In this document: positions 47,699 to 48,544 of the stretch, one piece after another
Layout of the letters: the number at the start of each line of letters is the position of its first letter
Position numbering within the stretch: the first letter of the stretch is position 1
Virus record (IMG/VR): IMGVR_UViG_3300023214_000077
Coordinates: 1 to 48,544 of that record
Length of the DNA: 48,544 bases
Reading direction: 5' to 3' (one strand)
Source of the DNA: a virus
Lineage: Duplodnaviria > Caudoviricetes
The notes under the pieces: generated by a model
The model's database searches: none
The model's input: the letters and a program-made list of their open reading frames with translations, nothing else
What the model was told of the DNA's origin: nothing
Made by a program: the position numbers and the translations under genes

Positions 47699-48544
47699 TC
47701 AAGAATCCCTTCCGGTGACTGCCTTCGCACTGAAGGACGTGACCGTTGTCTTCGTGGTCGCGTACCCCGTCAAGAACTTCGCCGTGTTCGGGATGATAGC
47801 AGGATCGAAGGCAGTTGAAGAAGACGAAGTTGAATTCGTCTGTGACGAACTGCTGCTGCTGAAGCTGGAAACCGACGAAAGTGATGTACTTGTCGAATCT
47901 GATTGCGTTGATTCCGACGACGAACTTGACGATGACAGCGAACTTGTGCTGCTGCTGGACACCGAAGATGTCGATGACAGCGTCGAACTACTGGACACCG
48001 AAGATGTCGAACTTGACGACACTGACGATGAAGAACTGACCGACGATGATGACGACGATGACTGTGTTGAAGAAGAAGACAGCGACGACACCGACGACGT
48101 GCTGCTGCTTGACAGCGTACTTGTCGAACTGGACGACAGCGAACTGCTTGAACTGACCGACGATGACGATGACAGGCTTGACAAGCTGCTGCTTGACAAC
48201 GAACTTGAACTCGAAAGACTCGACGTACTCGATGAACTGCTGCTTGACGACGAACTTGAACTCGAAAGCGAGCTGCTGCTTGACGACGACTGCGTCGATG
48301 TCGATGAAGACGATGAAAGACTGGACGACGACAGTGTCGAAGTGCTCGAACTGCTGCTGATAGATGACGTTGAACTTGAACTGCGCGTCGATGTGCTGCT
48401 GCTGGACAAGCTTGAAGACGACGACGAAGACGACGAAGAACTTTCGGCGATAAAGTCCCAGTTCACGTTCCCGCCGTTGTCAACGCAGTTGTCCGCCGCG
48501 TCGATCGTGTTGCCGCCCGATGCGTCTGAATTCGAAATCGTGCT
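47699..48544 (-). CDS. Ser-rich protein, 5' end outside the window
   Basis: Frame is open to the window edge (STISNSDASGGNTIDAADNCVDNGGNVNWDF), followed by a ~210-aa Ser block. Confidence 0.75.
   Translation of the reverse strand, partial: STISNSDASGGNTIDAADNCVDNGGNVNWDFIAESSSSSSSSSSSLSSSSTSTRSSSSTSSISSSSSTSTLSSSSLSSSSSTSTQSSSSSSSLSSSSSSSSSSSSSTSSLSSSSSLSSSSLSSLSSSSSVSSSSSLSSSSTSTLSSSSTSSVSSLSSSSTQSSSSSSSVSSSSSVSSSSTSSVSSSSTLSSTSSVSSSSTSSLSSSSSSSESTQSDSTSTSLSSVSSFSSSSSSQTNSTSSSSTAFDPAIIPNTAKFLTGYATTKTTVTSFSAKAVTGRDS

Noticed and set aside
47697-47730. Frameshift fusion of the two largest Ser-rich ORFs
   Set aside because: The downstream gene has its own RBS and an ATG 1 nt after the upstream TGA; no slippery site.
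45242-47818. Plus-strand D/E/L/V-rich ORFs (e.g. 46622-47200, 47228-47818)
   Set aside because: Antisense shadows of the Ser codon runs; no RBS or domain features.
31351-48544. Diversity-generating retroelement (TR/VR) acting on tail or lectin domains
   Set aside because: No reverse transcriptase and no adenine-mismatched repeat pair seen in the window.
1-48544. Alternative genetic code or stop-codon recoding
   Set aside because: Genes are full length under the standard code, and TAA, TAG and TGA all terminate conserved genes.

Overview
A 48.5-kb segment of a tailed (siphovirus-like) phage or prophage, coded mostly on the minus strand. The host is probably a Planctomycete; this is inferred from the CsrA style and the Cys-rich lipoprotein/protease module. 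Reading right to left: (i) very Ser/Thr-rich mucin-like proteins, then head-tail connectors, tail tube, a -1 frameshifted tail chaperone, tape measure and tail-tip proteins (31.3-48.5 kb); (ii) an ~11-kb glycan-modification cluster with about six glycosyltransferase-like genes, two methyltransferases and a cupin, carrying paralogous NUMOD4-HNH endonucleases (20.4-31.3 kb); (iii) CsrA, RecE-like nuclease, intein-containing RecT/Bet, a replication initiator with iterons, DnaB and a RecU-like resolvase (9-19.9 kb); (iv) a membrane module with an intein-split papain-like protease, and an intein-containing AAA+ ATPase with an unusual motif order (0.5-8 kb). The best candidate for an undescribed system is a virion O-glycosylation ('mucin coat') system: Ser/Thr-rich scaffolds plus the adjacent transferase cluster. 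The second striking signal is near-total avoidance of the trinucleotide GAG/CTC outside inteins and other foreign-looking patches. All family calls come from motifs read by eye; no database search was run.
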